Shown: positions 43,351 through 58,979 of the stretch, piece by piece
How the letters are laid out: the number at the start of each line of letters is the position of its first letter
How positions within the stretch are numbered: the stretch's first letter is position 1
Assembly (NCBI RefSeq): GCF_009914755.1
Contig: NC_060947.1
DNA from: the human T2T-CHM13v2.0 reference genome, Homo sapiens
DNA: 64,000 nt
Reading direction: 5' to 3' (one strand)
Program-made: the position numbers and the translations under genes
Notes under the pieces: generated by a model
Seen by the model: the letters and a program-made list of their open reading frames with translations, nothing else
What the model was told of the DNA's origin: nothing
Databases searched by the model: none

Positions 43351-44964
43351 CTGTTATCTTCCTTAATTCCTCCAGTAAATTCCACAAAATTATGATATCT
43401 AATCTGTCCTCTTTTAGACTTCATTAAATGAGGTTGCCTGAAACAGAAAAAATGATAGACTAGAAATCAAATCGTAACTGCAACACACAGAGGCTGTACA
43501 CCATTTCAACTTGAACTTATTCTTGCTGTGACTTAGTTTCATTATTTTTAAAATGGCAACAGTATCTACTTAAATCGTTCCCCTTCTGTGTTGAGCCAGT
43601 TGATGGAATAATTCAGCTCGTATGGATTTCTCAAGGCAAGGGCTATTGGTGGGAAGATTTTGCATTCAGAACTGTCCATGAGTCAAAACAGAGTGGTCAA
43701 GAAAGTTTGGAGGTCAAGAAAGATAGACCAACGTTAATAAGCCAAAGAAGCAAATTTTTGAAACATGGATGACCTGGTGCTGGTATGGTTAATTGAAATA
43801 TGAGAGCAAAAAGGTTGAAGAACTACAGAGGTAATGGCAAAGACGTAGAGGCTGTGTGAGTGAATATTGAAGTCAAACACAATGGCCAGTGCATGGGCAT
43901 CTTATGTACCTCTGACACGTGAATTCCTAGGACACTCAGATCCATTTAATGGGCTGAAACAGAACAAATTTTATTTCACATAATTGTTCTGATGATTTAA
44001 AAAGTTTAAAAAGAGGCTTAAAACATTATTAATCATTCTTAAATAAGGGATTACTAGTAGTAGCAGTAGGAGTAGTAGTAGCAATGAGATGTATTTCTAT
44101 ATTCATTTGTTCATTTATATTTTCCAAGAACAAACACTCTTGCAGTGGTTGTGCCAAAATAGGCCTGCATTGAATGAATTCATTGTGGGTTTATGCATGT
44201 TTATATTGTTTTAAAATCAGCATCCACGTGTGCTATGATGAAATTCCTAGTGTATTCTTGGAATTAAACAATTATGGTAAATTCAATATCAATATGTATA
44301 ACTCTTTCTTTATACAAGTCATTGCTGTGTTTACAAAGAATGAAAAACACAAAATATGGTATATGATACCACTTATATAGATTATTTTCTACATGGGAAA
44401 ACCAGAAATTATATGCCCAGAGTACTGGAAACAATTATCAGCAAAGACATAGAGTCTAACAAACATATATGATACAAAGCAATGAAAAAAAATCAACAAT
44501 GACACAATCTTATCATTGCCTTATAGCTTCCTTTCTTGTTACTTAAGTATGCCAACATCTCAGTTGCCAGGGATAGTTTTTATGTAGCTCAAAGGGCACT
44601 GGATTGGGAAAATAGATTTCAAGAGTTCAAGTTCATCTTTGTTAGTCACTATAAATTCGGACAACCCATTTTTCTTCCAGCACCTGGTCTTATCATCAGT
44701 AAAGGGTAATAACTCCTATCATGGATCCCCTTTCAGTTACTCTATGGTGATACTGACACAACTGTGACTTCTGATATTCCTGGAATTCCGTCCTTGCCTA
44801 CATCCTACCTTATGTATTCACCTCTCTTTTTGGCCAATAGAAAATGTATTCCTTTTCTCATACCTCATTTCTTTGCTGAGGCATCTAGTACTCCTTCAGA
44901 TGCCTTAACATCCTCTCATCCCCAGCTTTAATATATTGTGTAGATCCTCCCGGAGAAGTTTATT

Positions 44965-45758
44965 GGGACAATAACGACATGTTTCTCAAAGATGACTGCT
45001 ATCAGTTCCTTCCCACTCTATAGGTATAAGCCTTTGAAAAATGGAGTCTATTCCTCCACCTTCTTGAATTTGTGTTAGCCTGTGACTGCTTTGACCGATG
45101 GAATATGACAGAACTGACACTGTGTAACTTCTGAGGTTAAGTCATAGATAACCACGCAGCTTCTGCCTGGCTTATCAGAACTGCCACTTTTTAGAACTCT
45201 CACTCTCTGAGAAGCCAAGGGCCATGTAAGCAGTCTACCTTCACTGAGACGATCATCCTGTGAGGAAGCCCATGCTCATGCTACTCGTATGGAACATAGT
45301 GTGGAGAGAAACAGCAGTGACAATTCCAGCACCTGGTCTTACCAGTAAAGGGTAATAACGCCTATCGTAGAGTTATTAAACACAGCGCCACACTGCTGGT
45401 GGTGCTGCATTCAGGAAATGCCTTAACAACAGAACATTTTAATACTTTTTGTTTTATTATGAGCTTAATCCCTCTGCTTCCAACCTACCCAGATATGTTT
45501 TTATATATTTGCTAGTTGGTGAAGGAACTTAGTTGTATGACTAGCATCATGGAGAAAGTGATACTCAAGCAGCACCCAGCTATTCTAACCCTCCCAGCCC
45601 AGGCACCAAACATAAGAATACAGAAGCAATCATAAGAGAGGCCCCACAAAGAATAATTCAGCTGAGCTCATTAACCCACAAAACTTGGGAGATAAGGGTT
45701 AATTTATGTCACTGATTTTTACGGTGGTTTGTTATGCAGCAATAGATAAACAGAAACA
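44965..45758 (+). mobile_element. MLT1H-like MaLR LTR, interrupted at about 45320-45550
   Basis: CAAAGATGACTGC, GCCTGTGACTGCTTTGACC, CCCAGGCACCAAACAT and GTTATGCAGCAATAGATAAACAGAAACA. Confidence 0.7.
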
Positions 45759-46446
45759 TTCTCTTCTTTCCAGAACACATAATTACATAAGGTATTACTT
45801 TAGAAATGATTCACATATACTTTATACTCCTTCTGGTACTAGTATACCTTCCTATGAATGTGAAATATATATTGGAGGAGTAAAATGTACTAGTTTAAAT
45901 AATAAATACATAGAACGTATTTGGTTTAAAAAGATGTGAAGATATAATTAATTAGATAATTATATACACTCAGAAGTATTTTTGTGTTATCACAAATATA
46001 ACGTGTTAAATTGGTGGAATTACCAAAACTTGCCTTGATGTGTTAGACAAATGAATACAGAGATAAGACGAAGGAATGGAGGAGGGAGAATATAGAATGC
46101 TTACTTGTTTTTGTGATCAAATAATAAGGCAAGCCAGTTTTAGAATTTTACTGAATGTAGCAGAAAACCCCGGCAATAATAATCTTTGATTAAATTATCC
46201 TCATGCTCCCCTACTTTGGGAACCTCTTTTCATGATACTGATACTGTGATTACAAACACACGTACACACATGCATAAATGTGGTGAGTCCTAATCCAGGG
46301 AAGAATGATATGCTTTCCTAAACTCTAGCATTAAGAGAAAATTGGGATGGATTGTGAGAGTAGCAGAAGAGATGACAGAACTTGAAATTATATATGAATG
46401 GCCTTGAGTAGTAAATAAAAATGATACACAGAGCCAAGGTATTTTA

Positions 46447-46525
46447 GATCCTCGTCACTCAAAGTGTGGTCTCTGTACCAGCAGCACCAGCATCATCTGG
46501 GAGCTTGTTAGAAATACAGCATGTC
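46447..46525. mobile_element. MER5A, left part (host of the L1HS)
   Basis: CTCAAAGTGTGGTC...CAGCAGCACCAGCATCATCTGGGAGCTTGTTAGAAAT. Confidence 0.8.
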
Positions 46526-47428
46526 GGAGGAGCCAAGATGGCCGAATAGGAACAGCTCCGGTCTACAGCTCCCAGCGTGAGCGACGCAGAAGACGGGTGA
46601 TTTCTGCATTTCCATCTGAGGTACCAGGTTCATCTCACTAGGGAGTGCCAGACAGTGGGCGCAGGCCAGTGTGTGTGCGCACCGTGCGCGAGCCGAAGCA
46701 GGGCGAGGCATTGCCTCACCTGGGAAGCGCAAGGGGGCAGGGAGTTCCCTTTCCGAGTCAAAGAAAGGGGTGACTGACGCACCTGGAAAATCGGGTCACT
46801 CCCACCCGAATATTGCGCTTTTCAGACCGGCTTAAGAAACGGCGCACCACGAGACTATATCCCACACCTGGCTCAGAGGGTCCTACGCCCACGGAATCTC
46901 GCTGATTGCTGGCACAGCAGGCTGAGATCAAACTGCAAGGCGGCAACGAGGCTGGGGGAGGGGCGCCCGCCATTGCCCAGGCTTGCTTAGGTAAACAAAG
47001 CAGCCAGGAAGCTCGAACTGGGTGGAGCCCACCACAGCTCAAGGAGGCCTGCCTGCCTCTGTAGGCTCCACCTCTGGGGGCAGGGCACAGACAAACAAAA
47101 AGACAGCAGTAACCTCCGCAGACTTAAGTGTCCCTGTCTGACAGCTTTGAAGAGAGCAGTGGTTCTCCCAGCACGCAGCTGGAGATCTGAGAACGGGCAG
47201 ACTGCCTCCTCAAGTGGGTCCCTGACCCCTGACCCCCGAGCAGCCTAACTGGGAGGCACCCCCCAGCAGGGGCACACTGACACCTCACACGGCAGGGTAT
47301 TCCAACAGACCTGCAGCTGAGGGTCCTGTCTGTTAGAAGGAAAACTAACAACCAGAAAGGACATCTACACCGAAAACCCATCTGTACATCACCATCATCA
47401 AAGACCAAAAGTAGATAAAACCACAAAG
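46526..47428 (+). promoter_or_regulatory. L1 5' UTR: CpG-rich internal sense promoter with YY1 site, plus antisense promoter
   Basis: CAAGATGGC YY1 motif near 46534, high CpG density, AAACAAA SOX-type sites, about 900 bp before the ORF1 ATG. Confidence 0.9.
46758..46973 (-). CDS. ORF0: L1 ORF0 (71-aa antisense ORF)
   Basis: MAGAPPPASLPPCSLIS...RFSRCVSHPFL, 71 aa from the ATG at 46973, inside the 94-aa track ORF. Confidence 0.85.
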   Translation of the reverse strand: MAGAPPPASLPPCSLISACCASNQRDSVGVGPSEPGVGYSLVVRRFLSRSEKRNIRVGVTRFSRCVSHPFL

Positions 47429-48445
47429 ATGGGGAAAAAACAGAACAGAAAAACTGGAAACTCTAAAACGCAGAGTGCCTCTCCTCCTCCAAAGGAACGC
47501 AGTTCCTCACCAGCAACGGAAGAAAGCTGGATGGAGAATGATTTTGACGAGCTGAGAGAAGAAGGCTTCAGACGAACAAATTACTCTGAGCTACGGGAGG
47601 ACATTCAAACCAAAGGCAAAGAAGTTGAAAACTTTGAAAAAAATTTAGAAGAATGTATAACTAGAATAACCAATACAGAGAAGTGCTTAAAGGAGCTGAT
47701 GGAGCTGAAAACCAAGGCTCGAGAACTACGTGAAGAATGCAGAAGCCTCAGGAGCCGATGCGATCAACTGGAAGAAAGGGTATCAGCAATGGAAGATGAA
47801 ATGAATGAAATGAAGCGAGAAGGGAAGTTTAGAGAAAAAAGAATAAAAAGAAATGAGCAAAGCCTCCAAGAAATATGGGACTATGTGAAAAGACCAAATC
47901 TACGTCTGATTGGTGTACCTGAAAGTGATGCGGAGAATGGAACCAAGTTGGAAAACACTCTGCAGGATATTATCCAGGAGAACTTCCCCAATCTAGCAAG
48001 GCAGGCCAACGTTCAGATTCAGGAAATACAGAGAACGCCACAAAGATACTCCTCGAGAAGAGCAACTCCAAGACACATAATTGTCAGATTCACCAAAGTT
48101 GAAATGAAGGAAAAAATGTTAAGGGCAGCCAGAGAGAAAGGTCGGGTTACCCTCAAAGGAAAGCCCATCAGACTAACAGCGGATCTCTCAGCAGAAACCC
48201 TACAAGCCAGAAGAGAGTGGGGGCCAATATTCAACATTCTTAAAGAAAAGAATTTTCAACCCAGAATTTCATATCCAGCCAAACTAAGCTTCATAAGTGA
48301 AGGAGAAATAAAATACTTTATAGACAAGCAAATGCTGAGAGATTTTGTCACCACCAGGCCTGCCCTAAAAGAGCTCCTGAAGGAAGCGCTAAACATGGAA
48401 AGGAACAACCGGTACCAGCCGCTGCAAAATCATGCCAAAATGTAA
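47429..48445 (+). CDS. ORF1: LINE-1 ORF1p, RNA-binding nucleic acid chaperone (338 aa)
   Basis: Full length; coiled coil and the REKG, ARR and YPAKLS motifs are intact. Confidence 0.98.
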   Translation: MGKKQNRKTGNSKTQSASPPPKERSSSPATEESWMENDFDELREEGFRRTNYSELREDIQTKGKEVENFEKNLEECITRITNTEKCLKELMELKTKARELREECRSLRSRCDQLEERVSAMEDEMNEMKREGKFREKRIKRNEQSLQEIWDYVKRPNLRLIGVPESDAENGTKLENTLQDIIQENFPNLARQANVQIQEIQRTPQRYSSRRATPRHIIVRFTKVEMKEKMLRAAREKGRVTLKGKPIRLTADLSAETLQARREWGPIFNILKEKNFQPRISYPAKLSFISEGEIKYFIDKQMLRDFVTTRPALKELLKEALNMERNNRYQPLQNHAKM

Positions 48446-48484
48446 AGACCATCGAGACTAGGAAGAAACTGCATCAACTAATGA

Positions 48485-52336
<3,852 letters not shown>

Positions 52337-52627
52337 ACAATGAGATCACATGGACACAGGAAGGGGAATATCACACTCTGGGGACTGTGGTGGGGTCGGG
52401 GAAGAGGGGAGGGATAGCATTGGGAGATATACCTAATGCTAGATGACACATTAGTGGGTGCAGCACACCAGCATGGCACATGTATACATATGTAACCTGC
52501 ACAATGTGCACATGTACCCTAAAACTTAGAGTATAATAAAAAAAATAAATAAATAAAAATAAAATAAAATAAAATAAACTGTCCTAATGCCAAAAAAAAA
52601 AAAAAAAAAAAAGAAATACAGCATGTC

Positions 52628-52718
52628 AGTCCCCATCTCAGACTTACTGACTCAGAATCTGCATTTTTATCAAGAACACAAGGTTATTCATACGACACTT
52701 AAGTTTGAGAAATACTTA
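52628..52718. mobile_element. MER5A, right part
   Basis: CAGACTTACTGACTCAGAATCTGCATTTTTATCAAG...AAGTTTGAGAA continues the element split by the L1HS. Confidence 0.75.
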
Positions 52719-53961
52719 TCCAGAGCATTTTGGGTATGGGATTTACCTGCTTTTTTTCTTACTGTCATAGTCATAGCAAGTATAAACAAACCAAGTATAA
52801 GTCAATTCAAGTTGCCCTACCTGTCCTGCCAGTTGTCTTTAGTGAATGGAGAGAATTTTGCACTGAGGGCTGACAGGACTCATTACATTGTTTGTCTCTG
52901 GGAGCTGGCTGAGCTTGCAAGCGTTTGTGGCAGATTGCCATTTGAATTGTTTTCCCTGTCTCTTTCTGTTACCAAAAAGTATAATATTGCACAGGGGGGA
53001 AAATGTAGAGGAGTCAACATCTTTCATCCCTGTCTTTCTAGTAAGAGGTAGACTGTGTTCCAGGCTCCTTCCAGAATTTGCTGATAATTTAATCTCAGGG
53101 ATCCAAATTGTCTCACAATCTGGTTTTCTTCAAGGATCTCCCCCTAGTCCAGGCAACCTGCATATACATACTCATATCTCAATTATGTAGAGAGTTCATG
53201 GCCTTTGCATGGATCTTGAGAAGGGTTGAAATCTATTGGTTTGTAGTGAGATGAATCAGAAAACAAGGGCAGAAAAAATTTAAAACCTACATTTTTGTAT
53301 TGTTACACAAGAGACATATTTTCGTATGTAATGGCTAATAATTACATTAAAACAAAAAAAAAAACACAACAAATGACAGCGGCCAGTCACAAAAAAGGGA
53401 CTTCAGCTATCTCCACTTGGCAGTGTGTCTGCACTTCAGGTCTGACCCATCCAAGACTTGTGCTGTGTATTTTTTACCCACTATTCCTCTAGATCTGAGA
53501 CGTAGAGTCTAGGGCCACGGAGGATTGATAAAAGACCTCTGCCTCTGATAGTCCCTTGGTACTTGAACAAAAATTAATTACCCCGAGTCCCATATATGGT
53601 TTCTATGGTCATTTGGCACTAAAAATGCATTTCTAGAATTATTGAAATTATGTAGAACAACTTTGTGGCACCCATGGGTGTATTTTGAAGGATGAAAGAA
53701 AAGCAGTTTGGTGTGGTGATTTGGAGCCAGGTAGATTTCAATCTAAATTATTTCTCAGTTTCTTACTCATATTTTGAACTTGGAAAATTGACCTTATATG
53801 TGTGAATTTCTAATTTGTTATAAATAAAATAAGGATAATGTGGTATGAAAACTCTGATGGGACAAGTAAACAAGGTTATGGGGGCCAAAGAAGGACTGTG
53901 TGACCTGGACGTGGGGGTTGAGAAGAGGCTTTCCTGAAGGAAATGAGATCTAAGTTAAGAC

Positions 53962-54400
53962 AATATACTTTATACTTGAAAATTGCTAACAGTGTAGAAT
54001 TTGCATTCTCATCAAACACAGAAGAAAAAATTATACATATGTAAGTTTATGTATATATATAAACATCTTTATATATATCAACAACATATATATAAACAAT
54101 ATAGAGATATAAACAACATGATGTTTTGATACATGCATACATTGTAAAATGGCTAATTATATATATATAATTAAGCATGCATGTATCAAAACATCGTATC
54201 GTTTATATCTATAGTTTATATGTTGTTTATATATGTTGTTATTATATATAATTATATATAATTAATTATGTATTTGTTAATTGTGAATATATATAATTAT
54301 ATATAAATAATATATATTAGCAATTTCACAATGCATGCATGTATCAAAACACCGTATTGTATGCTATAAATACATAGATGTTTTTTGTAAAGTAAAAAAG
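53962..54400 (+). mobile_element. L1MA 3' end fragment with an internal AT-rich inverted duplication, within an L2
   Basis: TACTTGAAAATTGCTAA...CACAATGCATGCATGTATCAAAACA L1MA tail motifs. Confidence 0.6.
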
Positions 54401-54627
54401 AGACCCTAACATTGGTGACATCCCAAATGGATGAAGGGATTGGTGATAAAAAGAGTGTTTCCAGTAGAGGAACATGCGTGAAGGCACAAAAGCAAGATGA
54501 GCAGGGTACTAAAAGTGACCTCCAATGAGTTTGACATGGTTAGAGAACAGAGTACAGAATTAATGGTAGAGTAATTAGGAAACAGCCTAATAAATGTGGG
54601 AGAGTGAAGAAATTTGAGGTTATGGAC

Positions 54628-55061
54628 TGTCTAAATCCATTTGTGTTGCTATAAAGGAATACCTGAGACTGGGTAATTCATAAAGAAAAAGGGTTTATTT
54701 GGTTCACTGTTCTGCAAGCTGTACAAGAAGCTTGGTGCCAGCATCTGCTTCTGGTGAGGGTCTCAGGCTGCTTCCACTGATGGTGGAAAGTGAAGGGGAG
54801 TCACGTGTGCTGAAACCACAGGCAAGAGAGAAGCAAAAGAGAAGAGAGGGAGGTGCCAGGCTGTTTTTAAGAATAAGTTATCTATGGAACTCTTTCAGAA
54901 ACGAATAAGGCAAGAACTCGCTCATTACTGCAAGGACAGCACCAAGCTATTTATGAGGGATCCACCCGCATGACCCAAATACCTCCCATTAGGCCCCATC
55001 TCCAACATTGAAATCAAATTTCATCATGAGATTTGGAGGGTCCAATAGCCAAACTGTAGCA
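54628..55061 (-). mobile_element. MSTB-like MaLR solo LTR
   Basis: TGTCT..TCCATTTGTGTTGCTATAAAGGAATACCTGAGACTGGGTAATT...AAACTGTAGCA. Confidence 0.85.
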
Positions 55062-55434
55062 CAGAGTCAAGTAGATACCAGACAAAAAGGTCTTACGTGA
55101 CCTGCTACAGTGTATACACTATATTATGAAGGTAATAGGAAATCATAGAAAATTTTTAAGCACAGAGGTGATATCAGTTTTTTAAAATCTAAATCACAGT
55201 ATAGAGTGCATTGAGGTAAATGTATTAAGAAGGGGGAAATTGGAAAATAGGAAAACAGCTAGAAAGCTAGTACAGTAATCTAGTAATATAAAAAATAGGA
55301 TGGTGCTTGATTGAGGATAGTGGTAGATAAGAAGAAAAGGAAACAGACATCAGACAGACTGGAAGGTAGAATCAATAGGACCATGATTAAATGGCTGTTG
55401 TGGAAGTGAGAAAGCAAAATATTGTTTTAGACCA

Positions 55435-55570
55435 GAGGTGTAAACATATAATTTATTATCCGAATGAAGACACTTTATAGAGTACATGGAGGCACTGTTA
55501 AGAATTACACTTGACAATAACAAGCAAAATTTAGGAATCTAGATCAACCTAGGATATATGATCACTCAGA
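55435..55570. mobile_element. MER94/MER81-like remnant
   Basis: CATATAATTTATTATCCGAA..GACACTTT..GAG...GGATATATGATCACTC. Confidence 0.45.
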
Positions 55571-57670
55571 ATAAAGGAAACTGGAAGCACTGGACAGATC
55601 ATGTTTGGGAGAAAGATGGTGAACTTGTTTGGTCTCCCAGCGGCTGCCTTGGCTTCTGTGCCTAGATCTCCCCAGTAGGTAGTCCTTTAAAAAATCCTTT
55701 AAAAAAAATCAGTAACCCTCTGATCAGTAGTCCTTTAGCTAACCAAATGTCTCTCATCTCCAGCCTCTTCTTGGGGGAAGGGATGGTGGCTTACCGTTTC
55801 TAAATAGCCTCTTCTTAGCTAAGAAAAAAAAGTTACAAAGACTTGTTTTAAGCAGCAAGGAAATCCTCCATTTTGTAACATTTGTTAGAGGAAGGAAGAT
55901 CCATAAATAGGCTACAGGATCATATTAAGAAATCACTAAGTATTTTCTATAGCTGCTTTGTCTTCAGAATGCTCTTCAATTCACTTTGTTTATGGATCAC
56001 CAATGTCATTGTGACCTAAAGTCTCTCTAATGACCTAGATTTGTTTCTCTCAACCAACTCAGTGTTTCATCCAGTAGGGAAATTAGCTGATCTTATTTCA
56101 GCTTTTGTTTTATTTTGCTTTTATTTTGTTTTGGTCTGTTTTGATTTTTATATGTAATATCGATACTATTTTCATGAAAAACATACTATATATATAACAC
56201 TGACTTTAATAATATCTTGTGAAATTGTATTACCCACTGATTTTGTTGCATTTTTTGTGAATTCAGTAAACATTTCCTACTCAATGTCCTCATCCATTTT
56301 GTACTTTCACCTATCTACTTCTATGGTGTTAGTAAATATCAAGGAACTCTCTACAACTTAAATAATTGTATCATAGAAAAAAATATCAGTAACCCTCTGA
56401 ATTACTTCCAGGAAGACTTATTTCATTTAACTTTGATTATTATGACTTAATGAGATGCAGTGACAGGTTTATTTTCCTTTGGGGTTTATTCATTTATGCA
56501 AATGGATTTATAATTTGCAAAGGTTCCTCTTACATATTGATCATGCTTTATAACTTTAAAAAAACTAGTGTGTCTTTACCTCTTCTATTTGGTCCTTAAC
56601 TTTCAGTGTTTCCAAATATTGCCACATCTAAACACAGAGAATGCACCTTGAAATATTCTCACTTTGAAAAACCCATTAACGGCTTACAAATACCTACAAA
56701 ACTTGTAATACAGCAACCTTTAGTTTTCTTCTTTCCATAAAAATGCACCTGGAAGTGCTGACTCTATGATGAACTATTGATTCCATATAATCTCAAATGG
56801 AAGAGGGGTGGTTGGGGTCCTGATGACCTCATCTGACTATTTTTTAACAGACGTATCACAGGAATATGCTAGGTACATTAATATCACCTAACTTAAGCCT
56901 GATAACCATAAGATATAGTTATTCATATTATCCTAATTTCAGAAATGATATATCTGAGTCTTAGAAATGTTAAGTAACTTCTTCAGGTTCGTACAACTAA
57001 TACATTAAAAAAAACAGATCTACAAACTTGCTTCTTTAAAATTTATTCCAAAGTACATGCTTTAACAAGTATGTCATGCTGCTTTGATAAAAAACTTGTA
57101 GTTCAGTGAATGGATGGCTTTGAATCCAAAACAGTAAAGGATTTATTTTAAAGTGGTAATCTTCATTGTTGTTATGATTTTACCCTTGACATCGTCATAA
57201 TAATCATCATCAAATATAATTAAAGACTCCAGCTTTCCATGTTCTTTCCTTTTTTCTTAAAAAAATGTACAGTTCTATTAATAATAACCTCACACTAAGG
57301 AGATAATTTAAAATGTGCTTATTAGGTGATTTTCAGAAGGTCGTCATTTAGCCATTAACTATTGTGACAATATTTATTTTAAATTTAGTTTTCATCCTCT
57401 TAATGAACAAGTACTTCTGGGGCCATTACAGTTTTAGGAAGACTAATCTATTCCAAAGTGGTAGTTTTAACTGTCTTAAATGATAGAATGAAACATATCT
57501 TTCTGGGTTAATCTTTGAGCTTCTATGTATTCACAGTGTTTCTGGTATTTATTCCATAATTGGGGACTTTTTACCTGAGTTTCAGAAGATGGTAACCTGA
57601 ATTCATATTCATGACTCCCTCTTTCTCTTAGCTCTTCTCTAGGTACCCCAAACAATAAGAAAAGCTCAGC

Positions 57671-58486
57671 TTCTTTTTTTTCTTTTTTTTTTATTATACT
57701 TTAAGTTTTAGGGTACATGTGCACAACGTGCAGGTTAGTTACATATGTATACATGTGCCATGTTGGTGTGCTGCACCAACAACAGGCCCCGGTGTGTGAT
57801 GTTCCCCTTCCTGTGTCTATGTGTTCTCATTGTTCAATTCCCACCTACAGGCCCCGGTTCAATTCCCCACAACAGGCCCTGGTGTGTGATGTTCCCCTTC
57901 CTGTGTCCATGTGTTCTCATTGTTCAATTCCCACCTATGAATGAGAACATGCAGTGTTTTGTTTTTAGTCCTTGCGATAGTTTGCTGAGAATGGTGGTTT
58001 CCAGCTTCATCCATGTCCCTACAAAGGACATGAACTCATCCTTTTTTATGGCTGCATAGTATTCCATGGTGTATATGTGCCACATTTTCTTAATCCAGTC
58101 TATCATTGTTGGACATTTGGGTTGGTTCCAAGTCTTTGCTATTGTGAATAGTGCCGCAATAAACATACGTGTGCATGTGTCTTTATAAGCATGATTTATA
58201 ATCCTTTGGGTATATACCCAGTAATGGGATGGCTGGGTCAAATGGTATTTCTAGTTCTAGATCCCTGAGGAATCGCCACACTGTCTTCCACAATGGTTGA
58301 ACGAGTTTACAGTCCCACCAACAGTGTAAAAGTGTTCCTATTTCTCCACATCCTCTCCAGCACCTGTTGTTTCCTGACTTTTTAATGATCGCCATTCTAA
58401 CGGGTGTGAGATGGTATCTCATTGTGGTTTTGATTTGCATTTCTCTGATGGCCAGTGATGGTGAGCATTTTTTCATGTGTCTTTTG
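57671..58486 (-). mobile_element. 5'-truncated L1PA (about L1PA4-5) with a rearranged 3' UTR
   Basis: Poly(T), 3' UTR and ORF2 C-terminus on the minus strand; TSD core AAGCTCAGC at 57662-57670 and 58487-58495. Confidence 0.9.
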
Positions 58487-58979
58487 AAGCTCAGCCTATT
58501 TTAACAACCTTAAGAGGGTGTCAAATATGAAGGCCTGGAGCACTCAAGGAGAAGTGGGGCAGCAGGAGGACAAGACTATAACAAGAAAGGATCATAGACC
58601 CAGAAGCTTTCTACTGATTGGGATGAAGACCTTAAATCCCATGGTACTTGATGGGCCCAGTCAACTGACCAAAGTGGGGCATCTCAGTACTTGGAGTGGC
58701 AATTCTCCTTGTTTATTTGCTGAATTTGCTAAGTCAATTCTGCCTTCAGTGAAACTGTGCTGCTGCTTCTAATTTGAAGCAACTTGGAAAGATTGCTCTA
58801 TCCAGTCTCCTATGGAAAATCCTGAAAACCAACTACTCTTCCTTTGAGGATCTAGAGGAAGAGCAAGTTTACCAAACTTGTCTTCTAGGAATTAACTTTT
58901 CCTATATGTTTGGTCACCACCAGAGACTTCTGTATCAATGTATTAGCTTGGGAAACCAGCTGTTGTTTTAAAAGTTTAC

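Noticed and set aside
43059-43427. Overlapping 122-aa and 106-aa ORFs
   Set aside because: Kept open by the stop-free (CT)n tract.
52587-53051. 154-aa ORF beginning in the L1 tail tag (MPKKKK...)
   Set aside because: It runs through poly(A), TSD and MER5A; a chance frame with no homology I recognise.
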